From the UHGV virus genome UHGV-0211447: 6,473 nucleotides of DNA. One strand, given 5' to 3'. Under the pieces are notes generated by a model that was not told where the DNA came from, ran no database searches, and saw nothing but the letters and a program-made list of their open reading frames with translations. Positions 6,229 to 6,473 of the stretch are shown one piece after another. Position 1 is the first letter of the stretch; every line of letters starts with the position of its first letter. The position numbers were made by a program, and so were the translations under genes. Origin of the DNA: a virus.

Positions 6229-6400
6229 CGTTGGAGTCCACGTTCTTTAATAGTGGACTCTTGTTCCAAACTGGAACAATCATCACAACCTGCAGGGTCT
6301 ATTGTTTTGATTTATAAGGGAATTTACCAAATCTAATGCATTGCTCAAAAAATAACCATATTTAACAAAAATTTAACCCGTTTTTTAACAAATTTTTAAC
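6229..6400 (+). other. Plus-strand origin. Domain A holds nick-site hairpin D (AGTCCAC 6235..6241 / GTGGACT 6253..6259) with the pII nick between T6248 and A6249 in TTCTTT^AATA, and hairpin E (GTTCCA 6263..6268 / TGGAAC 6272..6277). The A/T-rich enhancer domain B follows
   Basis: The nick-site sequence gttctttaatagtggactcttgttccaaactggaac is present exactly as in the Ff consensus. The downstream segment 6278..6400 is A/T-rich with phased A/T tracts and the direct repeats tttaacaaaaatttaac (6361..6377) and tttaacaaatttttaac (6384..6400). Confidence 0.85.
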
Positions 6401-6401
6401 G

Positions 6402-6430
6402 TTTACATTTTTATTGTCTGCTTATACAAT
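6402..6430 (+). promoter_or_regulatory. Gene II promoter: -35 TTTACA at 6402..6407, a 17-nt spacer and -10 TACAAT at 6425..6430. Transcription runs across the window junction into gII at position 1
   Basis: The sequence shows cgTTTACAtttttattgtctgcttaTACAATcttcc. Its position and sequence correspond to the Ff gII promoter at the 3' edge of the intergenic region. Confidence 0.55.
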
Positions 6431-6434
6431 CTTC

Positions 6435-6473
6435 CTGTTTTTGGGGCTTTTCTGATTATCAACCGGGGTATAT
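6435..6473 (+). promoter_or_regulatory. gII mRNA leader containing the pV translational operator (gtttttggggcttttctgattatcaaccggggtatat), directly 5' of the gII ATG at position 1 on the circle
   Basis: This is the conserved Ff leader sequence. Established knowledge: pV binds this leader to repress translation of pII and pX. Confidence 0.5.

Noticed and set aside
6289-6296. A CCTGCAGG (SbfI/PstI) palindrome in the origin, as a possible sign of an engineered cloning vector
   Set aside because: It is a single 8-mer with no polylinker, lacZ alpha, resistance gene or plasmid origin anywhere in the window. Genome length and gene content are those of a natural phage. It is most simply a chance palindrome in a diverged pII-binding region.
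5991-6336. Two + strand ORFs (72 aa and 66 aa) inside the intergenic region
   Set aside because: They overlap the packaging-signal hairpin and the minus- and plus-strand origins, which are non-coding cis elements in every Ff phage. The ORFs are by-products of a GC-rich structured region without stops. They have no RBS.
1-6473. A search for defence systems, CRISPR arrays, tRNAs, integrases or other accessory cargo
   Set aside because: Every base is accounted for by the 11 Ff genes and the intergenic origin region. No repeat-spacer arrays, tRNA-like structures or extra ORFs are present. Ff phages are non-integrating, and no integrase is present.

Overview
The window is one unit-length, circularly permuted genome of an Ff-type filamentous ssDNA phage (Inovirus; M13/f1/fd family). 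It is linearised exactly at the gene II start codon. All 11 canonical genes are present on the + strand in the canonical order II(X)-V-VII-IX-VIII-III-VI-I(XI)-IV. They are followed by the intergenic region (5969..6473) carrying the packaging signal, the minus- and plus-strand origins and the gene II promoter and leader, which runs straight into the ATG at position 1. There is no lacZ, MCS, resistance marker or other cargo. Its 6473 nt exceed the canonical ~6.4 kb by about the amount gene III is longer. The genome is not a textbook M13/f1/fd. Silent third-position changes are scattered through most genes. Amino-acid replacements and indels are concentrated in the pIII receptor-binding N2 domain and its Gly-rich linkers. 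The exposed N-terminus of the pVIII major coat protein has lost an acidic residue. The pII-binding and enhancer part of the plus origin has diverged, while the nick-site hairpins are unchanged. All comparisons to canonical Ff sequences rest on my recollection of M13/f1/fd and need confirmation by alignment.
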